A DNA stretch of 64,000 nt from Candidatus Micrarchaeota archaeon. Lineage in GTDB: Archaea; Micrarchaeota; Micrarchaeia; Micrarchaeales; Micrarchaeaceae. Positions 1-9,806 of the stretch are shown here, one piece after another. The translations under genes and the position numbers were made by a program. A model generated the notes under the pieces. It was not told where the DNA came from and made no database searches. It saw nothing but the letters and a program-made list of their open reading frames with translations. How positions within the stretch are numbered: the first letter of the stretch is position 1; every line of letters starts with the position of its first letter. The stretch lies in contig JAJYEJ010000001.1 of NCBI GenBank assembly GCA_021785805.1, forward strand, positions 1,940 to 65,939, read 5' to 3'.

Positions 1-190
1 ACCTCTGCGCGTAATCGCTTATCCTCTTCGCATCCTGGCTCTCTCCTGGTTTCATCACGGTCAGGACGCTCTCCGGGAGGGTCTCGACCTGCAATACTCC
101 GACGTCGTGAAGCGCGGATATCGCCTCCTCCGCGTATCTCTTGTTGACTATTATCCTTATCCTTGACATCTTTGCGGCTTGCAGTATCAA
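1..190 (-). CDS. atpI: A/V-type ATP synthase subunit I (a), N-terminal part; runs off window start
   Basis: Hand translation from TTG at 190: MILQAAKMSRIRIIVNKRYAEEAISALHDVGVLQVE, a typical subunit I N-terminus; directly follows subunit H. Confidence 0.85.
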   Translation of the reverse strand, partial: MILQAAKMSRIRIIVNKRYAEEAISALHDVGVLQVETLPESVLTVMKPGESQDAKRISDYAQR

Positions 191-191
191 T

Positions 192-677
192 CTAAACACC
201 AAACTTTTCCGACAGCGCTTTCTTCAGCATCTTGACGGCTGTCGCCTTGTCTACGCTCTTTAGCGCGGATGCCTTATCCCTTGCGCTCTCTATTATCTCT
301 TCCCTCTTCTCCGCTGCCTGTTTCTCGGCCTTGCCGACTATGTCGTAGTAGTCCTTGTCGGACTCCTCCCTGGACTTCTCTTCGGTTATGCTTGCATCCG
401 CCTTCGCCTTAGCCACCTTTGCCGTAGCTTCTATCTGCGCGTTAGCTATCCTTTTCGCCGATTCAGCTTCAGCCTCCTTTATCGCGATAAGCGTCTGGAG
501 GTCGCCATCGCCATGGTGGTTGGTAGCCTGCTTGTGTTCAGCGTGTTCGCGTCCCGTGTGCTCTGCCTTATGCTGCACATGCTGCGGCTCGCCGGCTTCC
601 TTCGCTGCAGGCTGCTCGGCCGCCTTCCCTTCTTTCTGGGTCTTTCCCTTGCCATCCTTTCCATCTTTCGAGGACAT
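192..677 (-). CDS. atpH: A/V-type ATP synthase subunit H (G-like peripheral stalk) with His/Lys-rich N-terminal extension
   Basis: Charged helical region LIAIKEAEAESAKRIANAQ...; position just before subunit I. Confidence 0.7.
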   Translation of the reverse strand: MSSKDGKDGKGKTQKEGKAAEQPAAKEAGEPQHVQHKAEHTGREHAEHKQATNHHGDGDLQTLIAIKEAEAESAKRIANAQIEATAKVAKAKADASITEEKSREESDKDYYDIVGKAEKQAAEKREEIIESARDKASALKSVDKATAVKMLKKALSEKFGV

Positions 678-686
678 ACCATCAAC

Positions 687-872
687 TCATAACTTGTCGT
701 ATAAATGCAACATTATCACGAATGCGGCTACCATTATGGCTATCCGAGCCATGAATAGCGTGATCTGAAGCCTTTTCAGCTTCATCATGCCGATAGCCCC
801 TTCCGGCGTTACCCGTATGGGCTTAGGCACCTTTGGCACCCCGTTATACACCTTTGCTGTTGGCATTTTCAT
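687..872 (-). CDS. Small membrane protein inside the ATPase operon
   Basis: 61 aa ORF with C-terminal hydrophobic helix; fills the gap between atpD and atpH. Confidence 0.5.
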   Translation of the reverse strand: MKMPTAKVYNGVPKVPKPIRVTPEGAIGMMKLKRLQITLFMARIAIMVAAFVIMLHLYDKL

Positions 873-1488
873 TCATCTTTCTCTTTATGAACTTGAGAGA
901 TACGGTCTGGTCCCTTTCCATGTCCTCCAGCCTCTGCTTTATGTACTGGACCTTGACGTACATGCCCGGTATGACAACGTTCTCTATGGCGTTGGCCCTC
1001 CTGTTCAGCTTCTCTATCTCGTATAGCAGCTTTCTCAGGGAGCTCTCCTTCTCCGCAACCTCTATCAGCATCTTGAACAGCGTACCGTAGCTCCTCCTGG
1101 AGTCGTCCACGGCTGTTGGTATCGATATCAGCTCATATGCTAGGCTCGACGGAAGCGTTCTTTCCGCTATGTTGACGTTCGGAATCCTGACGCCCATTAC
1201 GTTCTTGGCCTCTACGCTGGCCAACACCGGTATCTGCTCGGCAGCTATCCTCTCGAGGGAGATTCGGCCTGCCCGCGCTTCTGCGAGCTTCTCGCTGTCC
1301 ATCGCCCTTAATACGGTGTTCTTCAATCCGGCCCTCATCATCTGTATCTGCCTTGCGAGGTCGAAGAACTCCAGGACCAGGCTTGCACGCTTCATCTTCA
1401 ATAGGTCGAGCCCTTTCTTCGCTACCTTTATCCTGCTTTTGGTCCGTATGAGCTCTATCCTTGTTGTCTTAATGTTGGATTGTGCCAT
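844..1488 (-). CDS. atpD: A/V-type ATP synthase subunit D
   Basis: [40 protein letters not shown] motifs. Confidence 0.95.
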   Translation of the reverse strand: MAQSNIKTTRIELIRTKSRIKVAKKGLDLLKMKRASLVLEFFDLARQIQMMRAGLKNTVLRAMDSEKLAEARAGRISLERIAAEQIPVLASVEAKNVMGVRIPNVNIAERTLPSSLAYELISIPTAVDDSRRSYGTLFKMLIEVAEKESSLRKLLYEIEKLNRRANAIENVVIPGMYVKVQYIKQRLEDMERDQTVSLKFIKRKMNENANSKGV

Positions 1489-2872
1489 TCGCATCCCATT
1501 TTCCGTACTTGGCTATGTGTTCGTCCTTCACCCTCTTCGCCTCGGTCTTGTCGAGCATGCTGAAGAGTTCCCAGCCTATGTCGAGCGTTTCGGCTATGTC
1601 CCTGTCCTCGTAATAGTCCTGGTTGACGAACTTCGCTTCGAAAGAGTCGGCGAAATGGAGCTGGCGCTTGTCTGAAGCGCTGAGCGCCTCTTCACCCACT
1701 ATCTCTATGAGGCTCCTGAGCTCCTTGCCGGTCGCGTATGACGAGAAGAGCTGGTTGGACACGCCCTTGTGATCCTCCCTTGTCCTTCCTGGACCTATAC
1801 CCTTGTCCATGAGCCTGGAAAGCGAAAGCAGCACGTCCACATTCGGGTATATGCCCCGCCTGTGGAGCTCCCTGCTCAGCACAACCTGCCCTTCGGTTAT
1901 GTAACCAGTAAGGTCAGGTATCGGGTGGGTTATATCGTCTCCGGGCATGGTGAGTATTGGTATCTGCGTTATCGATCCCTTCCTGTTGTGGATCTTTCCT
2001 GCCCTCTCGTATATGGTTGAAAGGTCGGTGTACATGTATCCGGGGTAGCCTCTCCTTCCTGGTACCTCCTCCCTTGCTGCGGATATCTCCCTGAGTGCCT
2101 CGCAGTAGTTGGTCATGTCGGTCATTATCACAAGGACGTGCATGTTCTCCTCGTATGCGAGGTGCTCTGCTGTCGTGAGCGCAAGCCTTGGCAGTATTAT
2201 CCTTTCCATCGATGGCTCTGATGACAGGTTCAGGAACAGCACCGATCTGTCAAGGGCACCGGTCTCCTCGAACTCCTTCCTGAAGAAGTTAACCTCTTCG
2301 CTGTTGATTCCTATTCCTGCGAATACCACAGAGAACCCTTCTGACGAAGTCAGTATCTTGGCTTGACGCGCTATCTGTGCCGCTACCCTGTTGTGCGGCA
2401 GCCCTGAGCCTGAGAATATAGGCAGCTTCTGCCCCCTTACCAGCGTGTTCATGCCGTCTATCGTTGATATCCCGGTCTGGATGAACTCCGATGGCTCTTC
2501 CCTCGAGTATGGGTTTATCGCGCTTCCGGTTATGTCTATGCGGTCACCGCTGTGTATCGGTGTTCCGCCGTCTCTGGGCCTTCCCATCCCGTCGAATACT
2601 CTTCCAAGCATGTCTGTGCTCACCGCGAGCCTCGCGGTCTCTCCGGTGAATCTCACCTTCGTGTTCTCCAGGTCGACACCTCTGGTCTCCCCGAATGACT
2701 GGACGATCGCCATCCCGTCTCTGCTGTCGAGCACCTGACCTATTATCTGCCTACCATCATCAAGGTTGACGCTGGCCATCTCCCCGTATGCAGCGTCCTT
2801 TACCCCCTGGACGAAGAGCAAAACGCTTGTCGTTTGGTTCACTGTCTTGTAATATACATCGCTCATGCTCAT
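1469..2872 (-). CDS. atpB: A/V-type ATP synthase subunit B
   Basis: [52 protein letters not shown] before ATG 2872. Confidence 0.97.
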   Translation of the reverse strand: MSMSDVYYKTVNQTTSVLLFVQGVKDAAYGEMASVNLDDGRQIIGQVLDSRDGMAIVQSFGETRGVDLENTKVRFTGETARLAVSTDMLGRVFDGMGRPRDGGTPIHSGDRIDITGSAINPYSREEPSEFIQTGISTIDGMNTLVRGQKLPIFSGSGLPHNRVAAQIARQAKILTSSEGFSVVFAGIGINSEEVNFFRKEFEETGALDRSVLFLNLSSEPSMERIILPRLALTTAEHLAYEENMHVLVIMTDMTNYCEALREISAAREEVPGRRGYPGYMYTDLSTIYERAGKIHNRKGSITQIPILTMPGDDITHPIPDLTGYITEGQVVLSRELHRRGIYPNVDVLLSLSRLMDKGIGPGRTREDHKGVSNQLFSSYATGKELRSLIEIVGEEALSASDKRQLHFADSFEAKFVNQDYYEDRDIAETLDIGWELFSMLDKTEAKRVKDEHIAKYGKWDANGTIQH

Positions 2873-2882
2873 GTTTTCACCA

Positions 2883-4637
2883 TCACTTCGCTTGCACCAC
2901 AATCATGTCAAGATCGTTAATCGCCTTCGATGTGTCCTTGAAGTAGGAATCCATCTGGTCCTCCTTGACATACTTCATCCTGGCTATCTTCTGCTTGGCA
3001 TCAGTCTTAAGGAGCTGCTCCACGAGGACCCCTCTCCCTACCGCAGCCTTTTCCTTTTCGTAGAGGTTCATTATCGACTTCATCATCAGGTATTGCTTCC
3101 TCATCGATGTGAACGTGTCGACCTCATCGTAAGCGTTCTGCTGCAGGTAGTCCTCCCGTATGACCTTCGCTATGTCGAGCGTCATCTTCTCCTCTTCCGG
3201 AAGCGCGTCGTACCCTACAAGCTGCACGATCTCGTTAATCTCCGCCTCTTTCTGCAGTACGCTCATGGACTTCTGGTACATCTCTGTCCACTCCTTGTTG
3301 ACCTTCTGGATGTACCAGTTCTTCAGCTCATCTATGTATAGTGAATAGCTGTTCAGCCAGTTAATCGATGGGAAGTGCCTCCTGTTCGCAAGCGATGCGT
3401 CGAGTGCCCAGAACACCCTTGTTACCCTGAGCGTGTTCTGCGACACCGGCTCCGAAGTGTCTCCGCCCGGGGGCGACACCGCACCTATCGCAGTTATGGA
3501 TCCGGTCTCGTCGTTGAGCACGGTGACCCTTCCTGCACGTTCATAGAACTCGGCGACCTTCCTTCCCAGGTAAGCCGGATATCCCTCCTCGCCAGGCATC
3601 TCCTCGAGCCTTCCTGATATCTCCCTCAGGGCTTCTGCCCATCTTGAGGTGCTGTCCGCCATGAGCGCGACGTTGTATCCCATGTCCCTGTAGTATTCCG
3701 CCAGTGTAATGCCGGTGTAGATGCTTGCTTCTCTTGCAGCCACTGGCATGTTCGATGTGTTGGCTATCAGTATGGTCCTATCCATAAGCGGCTTTCCAGT
3801 CTTGGGGTCCTTTAGCTGCGGGAACTCCGTAAGAATGTCTGTCATCTCGTTCCCCCGTTCCCCGCAACCGACATACACCACAATCTCCGTATCGCTCCAC
3901 TTTGCCAGCTGGTGCTGTATTACGGTTTTGCCTGACCCGAATGGTCCTGGCACTGCGGCCGTTCCCCCCTTTGCTACCGGGAACAGCGTGTCCACTACCC
4001 TCTGCCCGGTTATGAGCGGTATCTCCGGAGGCAGCTTAGCCTTTACCGGTCTTGGTATCCTCACAGGCCACTTCTGTGAAAGCTTGAGCTCTTTCTTCTT
4101 TCCATCATCGCCCTTGACATAACCTATCACATCTTCGATAGTGAACTCCCCTCCGTCGAGCCTGTCCAGCGTTCCGCTGATCCCGAACGGGACCAGGACC
4201 TTGTGCTTTATCAGGCTTGTCTCCTGTATCTCGCCCAGTATGTCCCCTGGCTTGACCTTCGCACCCTTCTTCGCCGTAGGAATGAAGTCCCATTTCTTCT
4301 TCGTATCGACAGGCTCTACGTTGACCCCCCTCGCTATGAAGTCCCCGCTTATCGCCTTGATCTTGTCAAGCGGTCTCTGTATCCCATCGTATATTGAGCC
4401 TATGAGGCCAGGCCCCAGGACTACCGAGAGTTGGGAGCCGGTGTTCTCCACCGGCTCGCCCGGCCTTATGCCTGTCGTATCCTCGTAGACCTGTATTATC
4501 GCTTTGCCGGAATCAAGCCTTATTATCTCACCTACAAGGCCCTCATTGCCCACCTTGACCACGTCGTACATCTGTGCGTTCTCAAGGTCAACCGCAACTA
4601 CCACTGGACCTGATACTCTTTGTATTCTTCCGCTCAT
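2883..4637 (-). CDS. atpA: A/V-type ATP synthase subunit A (no intein evident)
   Basis: Walker [30 protein letters not shown]; 584 aa. Confidence 0.98.
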   Translation of the reverse strand: MSGRIQRVSGPVVVAVDLENAQMYDVVKVGNEGLVGEIIRLDSGKAIIQVYEDTTGIRPGEPVENTGSQLSVVLGPGLIGSIYDGIQRPLDKIKAISGDFIARGVNVEPVDTKKKWDFIPTAKKGAKVKPGDILGEIQETSLIKHKVLVPFGISGTLDRLDGGEFTIEDVIGYVKGDDGKKKELKLSQKWPVRIPRPVKAKLPPEIPLITGQRVVDTLFPVAKGGTAAVPGPFGSGKTVIQHQLAKWSDTEIVVYVGCGERGNEMTDILTEFPQLKDPKTGKPLMDRTILIANTSNMPVAAREASIYTGITLAEYYRDMGYNVALMADSTSRWAEALREISGRLEEMPGEEGYPAYLGRKVAEFYERAGRVTVLNDETGSITAIGAVSPPGGDTSEPVSQNTLRVTRVFWALDASLANRRHFPSINWLNSYSLYIDELKNWYIQKVNKEWTEMYQKSMSVLQKEAEINEIVQLVGYDALPEEEKMTLDIAKVIREDYLQQNAYDEVDTFTSMRKQYLMMKSIMNLYEKEKAAVGRGVLVEQLLKTDAKQKIARMKYVKEDQMDSYFKDTSKAINDLDMIVVQAK

Positions 4638-4975
4638 TTAGCTGCACCCTTTGTTCCTAGTTTGCTTATATCAACTCCGAGGACCCTCTTCGCAAGCGCC
4701 TCAACGGATTCGCGGTCTGCCTCCTCCCCAGGAAGTGGTATGAACACCACCAATGGGCTGATGGAGGTTTCCGCTACCCTCAGCGTATTTGTGTCCATGT
4801 GGGACTTAAGCCCCTCGGATACGATTATGAGATTGTATGATTTGACACCTATGAGCTGCGTGAACATGTTGACTGCCTCCCTGCCCTCAGTGAGGAAGAC
4901 GTCCTTTATGCCGATTAGCTTGAAGCCCAGCACAAGTGACCTCTCACCTATGACGGCGATCTTTTCGAATTTCAT
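4634..4975 (-). CDS. atpF: A/V-type ATP synthase subunit F
   Basis: [26 protein letters not shown]; operon context. Confidence 0.93.
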   Translation of the reverse strand: MKFEKIAVIGERSLVLGFKLIGIKDVFLTEGREAVNMFTQLIGVKSYNLIIVSEGLKSHMDTNTLRVAETSISPLVVFIPLPGEEADRESVEALAKRVLGVDISKLGTKGAAK

Positions 4976-4995
4976 CTTTCCACTCTTCCTTCCCT

Positions 4996-6054
4996 CTATT
5001 TCTCTATGTACTTCAGTATCCTGAGCCTGTCGGTCCGCTCATCGCTTATCTTGTAGTACTTGCCAAGCCATATCGTCCTGAGCTCATCCCTTTCCATCTC
5101 GGACCTCAGCACGAAAGAGAATATGAACTCCAGCGACATGACTATGCTTTCGAAGAGCTTCAGGTATTTCCTGTAGACCTCCCTCCTGAGCGCAGTGTCG
5201 AAGTACGACGCGAACTGGTCCTCCTTGTAGGCCTCGAACGCGTCGTCAATCCTGTACGGTATGTAGTTCTTCAGCGCATATATCTCCTTCGACGCCATTT
5301 CATTGAGCTTCTGCTCTGACAGCGTTCCCCCTTTGATAAGGTACGGGGAGACGTTAGTTACCTTCTCCCCTATAGCCTTAATCACGGTCATTATGTTCTT
5401 GATATCGATCGTCTCCTTTATGTATGAGAGAAGCAGGGCTTCGCTCCCGTTGGAGAACTTGAAGGTGTTTATCATATTATTATAATAGTACACGTCGAGC
5501 GCGGTTATCATGCCGGATATGTCATTGGTCTTCTTGTAGTCCTCGATGTGCTTGAGCATTATTGTGCCATAGCCATATTTGACAAGCAGGGAAACCACTC
5601 CGTCGACATCCTTCTGCGATATCATGTTTATGTACTCGCTCCTGCTCAGAACTCCGCTGAATGTCCCGACAGGTATGTTGCGCTCCACCATCAGGAAAGC
5701 TTCCGTGTGCTCGATGTCGTAGCCAAGCACTTTCGATGACAGTATCGTCTTTATGTTCTCTATGTCCCACTTGCTCAGGTAGGATGAGATGAACTGCTTC
5801 GCGGAGTTCGGAAGTGCGAACATCGCGCTCCTTATCATGCGCATCATGTGGGCGTTTATCACGACCTCCATCAGGTCGGGGATTCTGTAAAGGCTTGAGA
5901 ACGCGTCGATCTCCTTCCTGTAGCTCGTTGAGCTCAGCGACTTTAGGAACTCGTCGTCGCTCTTCTGCTGCAGCTCATCCATGAACGATGTGCTCAGGAA
6001 CTCGGGACGTAGCACTTTTAGTCTTCCATAAGTGCCAGTGTAGCCCGCATCCAT
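4996..6054 (-). CDS. atpC: A/V-type ATP synthase subunit C (d)
   Basis: 352 aa; KWDIENIKTIL and IDIKNIMTVIK repeats; operon position. Confidence 0.88.
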   Translation of the reverse strand: MDAGYTGTYGRLKVLRPEFLSTSFMDELQQKSDDEFLKSLSSTSYRKEIDAFSSLYRIPDLMEVVINAHMMRMIRSAMFALPNSAKQFISSYLSKWDIENIKTILSSKVLGYDIEHTEAFLMVERNIPVGTFSGVLSRSEYINMISQKDVDGVVSLLVKYGYGTIMLKHIEDYKKTNDISGMITALDVYYYNNMINTFKFSNGSEALLLSYIKETIDIKNIMTVIKAIGEKVTNVSPYLIKGGTLSEQKLNEMASKEIYALKNYIPYRIDDAFEAYKEDQFASYFDTALRREVYRKYLKLFESIVMSLEFIFSFVLRSEMERDELRTIWLGKYYKISDERTDRLRILKYIEK

Positions 6055-6056
6055 CT

Positions 6057-6626
6057 TTATCCCTTTTGAATCATCTTTAGTATCTGCACCGCTATGTCTT
6101 CCTTCACCATGGAGAAGAGGTTCTCCAGCGTGTAGTCTATTGAGAGCCTGCCGTCTTTAGAGACCGCCTTAAGCCCCCCGGAGAATTCCTCCTTTGACTC
6201 CTTTGGGTCTATACCCTTGGCTACCTTCAGCTTCGGAAGATCGCGCTTCTGCAGGTACAGCATGCAGTCGCTGCCAAGCTCATCGTAAGCGGCTTTGGCG
6301 AGCTTGTTCAGGAGACCGGGATAGTCTGCCCCTTTGGCATAGTCATTGAGCGACTCACGCACCTCGTCGAGCGTGCTGTTGATGGTGCTCTCGAGAGCCT
6401 CGCCGTATATCCTTCTTGCTTCTATGTTTGCTCTAGAAAGCTCCCTGGCGAGCAGCCTTGAGGAGTCTCCCTGTGCCTTCTGCTCCATGTGCCTGTTGTA
6501 AGCCTCCGCGCGCTTCTGCGCTTCCTCCGTCTCGCGCTTGGCGTTATTCTCGGCTTCCACGGCTATCTGGGACATCTTAGCCTTGGTGTCCCGCTCGATG
6601 TTAGCCAATATCTCTTCAAGTCCCAT
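6057..6626 (-). CDS. atpE: A/V-type ATP synthase subunit E
   Basis: MGLEEILANIE coiled N-terminus; GGLKAVSKDGRLSIDYTLE C-terminal motif. Confidence 0.9.
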   Translation of the reverse strand: MGLEEILANIERDTKAKMSQIAVEAENNAKRETEEAQKRAEAYNRHMEQKAQGDSSRLLARELSRANIEARRIYGEALESTINSTLDEVRESLNDYAKGADYPGLLNKLAKAAYDELGSDCMLYLQKRDLPKLKVAKGIDPKESKEEFSGGLKAVSKDGRLSIDYTLENLFSMVKEDIAVQILKMIQKG

Positions 6627-6651
6627 GCGAATCTGCACCCGCTTTGGAGGC

Positions 6652-6876
6652 TTACAGTATCTGCAACAGCAGTATGAGCCCGAGAACGAATCCGACTATC
6701 CACAACGTTTCAGGGATGACGAAGAAGAACAGCACCTGCCCGAACTTCTCCGGCTTTTCGCCGATTATTCCCATTCCTGCAGCGCCTATTCCGCTCTGCG
6801 CTATTCCGGTACCTATAAGACCGCCTGCGATCGACAATGCAGCCGCGACCGCAAAGAGAGGATCTGTGCTTGCCAT
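6652..6876 (-). CDS. atpK: A/V-type ATP synthase subunit K (c, proteolipid), single hairpin
   Basis: 74 aa, two TM helices, GIAQSGIGAAGMG and FVIPETLW with the ion-binding Glu. Confidence 0.95.
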   Translation of the reverse strand: MASTDPLFAVAAALSIAGGLIGTGIAQSGIGAAGMGIIGEKPEKFGQVLFFFVIPETLWIVGFVLGLILLLQIL

Positions 6877-6986
6877 TATTTCACCATTTTGAACATTATT
6901 CGCTTGACGGACTCCCGAGTCAGCCGTCGATTTTCAGAAGGTATCAGCCTTCATCAGGCCGATGCAGATATATTCTAACACTTACA

Positions 6987-6994
6987 TTTATAAA
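6987..6994 (-). promoter_or_regulatory. TATA box of the ATPase operon
   Basis: TTTATAAA ~110 nt upstream of the atpK start. Confidence 0.5.
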
Positions 6995-7130
6995 CTTAAT
7001 GCATTTTATCTGGCAATGCATATGGATGAGCCCTGAGAAGTACGTTCATCTGTCAATAGCGCTTAAACGGGTGACGTATTTCCTCTCGATTGGAGGAGGT
7101 GATTAAATATCCCTATGCCACATCATATAG

Positions 7131-7256
7131 AGTTGGGCATACGTTCTTTTAGGGTTTCACGCCCTTCCGCAATGCCCAACGAACCGGAAGGGGTGCCACG
7201 CTAGGCTAATCCTGCCCTTTGATGAAGAGTGCCGTCAGCCTGCCGTGTAGATGCCG
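7131..7256 (+). ncRNA. Candidate structured non-coding RNA, family unknown
   Basis: Complementary segments 7132-7140/7172-7180, 7158-7169/7185-7195 and 7197-7207/7237-7247; TTAAATAT ~25 nt upstream. Confidence 0.4.
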
Positions 7257-7302
7257 AATGGTACAGAAGCTATTAAATATGGGAGCCGTGCAATATATTA
7301 CG

Positions 7303-7569
7303 ATGGCGACCTATCGGGTGTTGATAGGAGAAGGGAAAGGAGAATACGAGGGCAACTATGTTGCGGTAGCTGAGCTGCCTACAGGAGGCTGTCTTGTGGC
7401 TGTCGCGCCTACCAGGAAAGAGGCGTACAAGCGCATAAAGATAGGGTTAGACTACTACAGGCACAAGATGGAGTACACCGGCTTCCAAGTGGATGAGGAT
7501 GGAGGAGAATTTGAGGCTCCACAACTCGGAATGGTTCCTATCGGGGAAGAGCCGCAGCTGAACAACTGA
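7303..7569 (+). CDS. HicB-like (UPF0150 / RNase H-like fold) protein
   Basis: YRVLIGE..NYVAVAELPTGGCLVAVAPTRKEAYKRIKIGLDYY resembles the HicB N-domain; TTAAATAT at 7273 suggests a leaderless transcript. Confidence 0.6.
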   Translation: MATYRVLIGEGKGEYEGNYVAVAELPTGGCLVAVAPTRKEAYKRIKIGLDYYRHKMEYTGFQVDEDGGEFEAPQLGMVPIGEEPQLNN

Positions 7570-7671
7570 TTGCCTACACAGTAGAGAACCGACCTTGCAG
7601 CGGTATTTGTAATTTTGCAAAGCATTTACAAAGTCTTAAAGAGATTGCGGTGAAAGATTCTCTGTGATTCT

Positions 7672-9132
7672 ATGGCAAGTCAGAAGAAACCTAATCTTAA
7701 GGGGGACGCTAGCCAACAGGGTGCAGGCGAGTCCATACCCATGTCGGATCCTAAACCAATGCCAAGCCAGGGCAATAATACCTCGGCTCCGGTGGCTAGG
7801 GCACAGGGTTCAGGCATCATGAAATACGCGTTAATAGGTATAGTCGCCATAGTGATAATAGCAGTAGTGGCTTTGCTGCTGTCAGGGAGCAATGGCGCAC
7901 CCAGCCAGCTCACCGGCGCCCTTTCGCAGAAGACATTGAACGCTACCGCGCTGGGCAAAGTGATAGCGCAGAAGGTCAACTCGACACCCGAATTCACCGT
8001 GAATTACTCCGGCTCTGCCATAATCAACGTCACAACCACCCTCGCCGGATCAGAAAGCATGACCATACCTGTGGTATACAAGTTCCAGAAATACTACAAT
8101 GATTCAAGGACCGATATATCCTTGCAGGGTGTCCCATTCGTCGGGTCCATGGCGATATCATCATTACATATCAATGGCAAGAACTACACATGCGAACAGG
8201 GAGGATTTGGAAGCCTCGGAGGAAGCACAGGAGGCGGCATAACGTGCATGTCCCAGGCACAGCAGCCATCCCCGCTGTTAAATGAGACGGCATTAGACAA
8301 TGGGCTCAACATGACGATAAATAACACCGCACAATCTACCTTCAGCGGACAGGCATGCACGGAAGCGAGAGGGGTTATAAGGTACACTGAACCTCAGCTC
8401 GTATCAGGGTTCTCTCAGACAGGGCAGCAGTCGCCAAGCCTGAATGGCACCTTCTCAGCATGCTTCTCGAACAAGTACTTCGTGCCCCTCACTCTGGATG
8501 TGCAGTTTACCGGAAAGAACTACACCGTGAAGTTCCACCTGAATGAGACGGCGATAAGCGCCACATCGTCAAAGAGCTACGTTACGGTGCTGCCGGCCCC
8601 GGTTGAGAACACGAGCTACATAACAGGAAGCACTAACATCAACGTGAGCGGCAATGGGAGTGGCAACTATGGCGGCAACGGAAGCGGGAATTACGGCGGA
8701 AATGGGAACCTCATTGGCCCAAGCTGTTTGGCTAACGTCGGCTTCTTATGCAGTGGTCCGATAATGATGACCAACGGGACATTCGATGCGATAATAGGCC
8801 AGAATACTGGACAGACCATGCAGTATGTAGAGATGGCTTGCGCCGAATCGACCACTTCACAGCCACATGGGACTCCATACGAGAGCCTGGACCTCAACGG
8901 AACAGCTTGGAGCGTAGGGATATACAACACGGACTTAGTCTCTGGTTCAGATGTATTCCTCAAAAACCTCCAATGCGTCGATTCTTATGGCAATCCGATA
9001 AGGAGCTTAGCTGTTGGCACAGAGGTGACTGGAGCTTTATGGATGCGCGTAGCAGCAAACTACACCGACGCAGAGACAAACAACTGGAACTCGCCGCAGG
9101 AGGTAGGCGTCTTTAACGTGAAGGTAAGCTAA
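7672..9132 (+). CDS. Membrane-anchored extracellular (glyco)protein
   Basis: Single N-terminal TM helix, many N-x-S/T sequons, Cys pairs, GNGSGNYG repeat linker. Confidence 0.75.
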   Translation: MASQKKPNLKGDASQQGAGESIPMSDPKPMPSQGNNTSAPVARAQGSGIMKYALIGIVAIVIIAVVALLLSGSNGAPSQLTGALSQKTLNATALGKVIAQKVNSTPEFTVNYSGSAIINVTTTLAGSESMTIPVVYKFQKYYNDSRTDISLQGVPFVGSMAISSLHINGKNYTCEQGGFGSLGGSTGGGITCMSQAQQPSPLLNETALDNGLNMTINNTAQSTFSGQACTEARGVIRYTEPQLVSGFSQTGQQSPSLNGTFSACFSNKYFVPLTLDVQFTGKNYTVKFHLNETAISATSSKSYVTVLPAPVENTSYITGSTNINVSGNGSGNYGGNGSGNYGGNGNLIGPSCLANVGFLCSGPIMMTNGTFDAIIGQNTGQTMQYVEMACAESTTSQPHGTPYESLDLNGTAWSVGIYNTDLVSGSDVFLKNLQCVDSYGNPIRSLAVGTEVTGALWMRVAANYTDAETNNWNSPQEVGVFNVKVS

Positions 9133-9144
9133 GCCGCCAATCCT

Positions 9145-9177
9145 CCTTTTCCTTTTCTTCATTTCTTCATTTTTTTA
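9145..9177 (+). terminator. Oligo-T archaeal terminator
   Basis: Pyrimidine/T tracts just after stop 9132. Confidence 0.45.
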
Positions 9178-9230
9178 CAACACGCAGCGCTGGCGCTGCG
9201 CGGTTTGATATACGATCGCATAAACAGCGA

Positions 9231-9806
9231 TTACGCTATGGTGGACATCTGCTTTCTATTTTTGAGCCCGAAGTGTCGCACTATCTCTTCGGCTACCTCC
9301 TTTGGGCCCTTCTCGGTGTTGTCTACCTTTAAGCTTCCTGTTATCGGAGGTTCTTTCGGCTCATTTCTTGAGCTTAGGTGCTCGATGAGCTGCCCATGCG
9401 TGGTTATCTTCCCGAACCCTTTCCTTGAATCCATGTCCACCCTCCTCAACAGTTCCGCCTGCCTGGCAGTGAGGTAGACAAAACATACCCTTCCCCCATA
9501 ACCTTCGGCCATCTTGACTACGCCATCGACAAGCTGGAGAGCCTCCTTTGTGTATCCCTTGACGAAAGCTGATGTGAATATGAAGTCTACGCCCCCTCTG
9601 ACCAGCGCTTCGATCACGTCCATTCTGACTTTCATCGACAGGGCGCTGTATTGGTCCGTGCCCCTGGCGAAGAACTTCAGCGCAAGGTCGTCGGAGATAT
9701 GGTTGTGGAATACCACATACCCGGTAAGCTTTTCCAGCTCCATTGCCACGGTAAGCTTTCCTGCTGCCGGTGGTCCGTATATGAAGACAAGGTCCATTTT
9801 AGGCAC
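9231..9806 (-). CDS. P-loop small-molecule/nucleotide kinase (adenylate/shikimate kinase-like)
   Basis: VFIYGPPAAGKLTVA Walker A; lid motif ELLRRVDMDSR; start overlaps upstream stop. Confidence 0.8.
   Translation of the reverse strand: MPKMDLVFIYGPPAAGKLTVAMELEKLTGYVVFHNHISDDLALKFFARGTDQYSALSMKVRMDVIEALVRGGVDFIFTSAFVKGYTKEALQLVDGVVKMAEGYGGRVCFVYLTARQAELLRRVDMDSRKGFGKITTHGQLIEHLSSRNEPKEPPITGSLKVDNTEKGPKEVAEEIVRHFGLKNRKQMSTIA

Noticed and set aside
6652..6876. Na+-specific c subunit (Gln plus Glu-Thr)
   Set aside because: The further Thr/Tyr ligands are absent, and H+-coupled enzymes share this partial motif
6900..6960. Hammerhead ribozyme (CTGATGA...GAAA on the minus strand)
   Set aside because: Stem II would need core nucleotides, and no proper stem III/UH site or stem I is present
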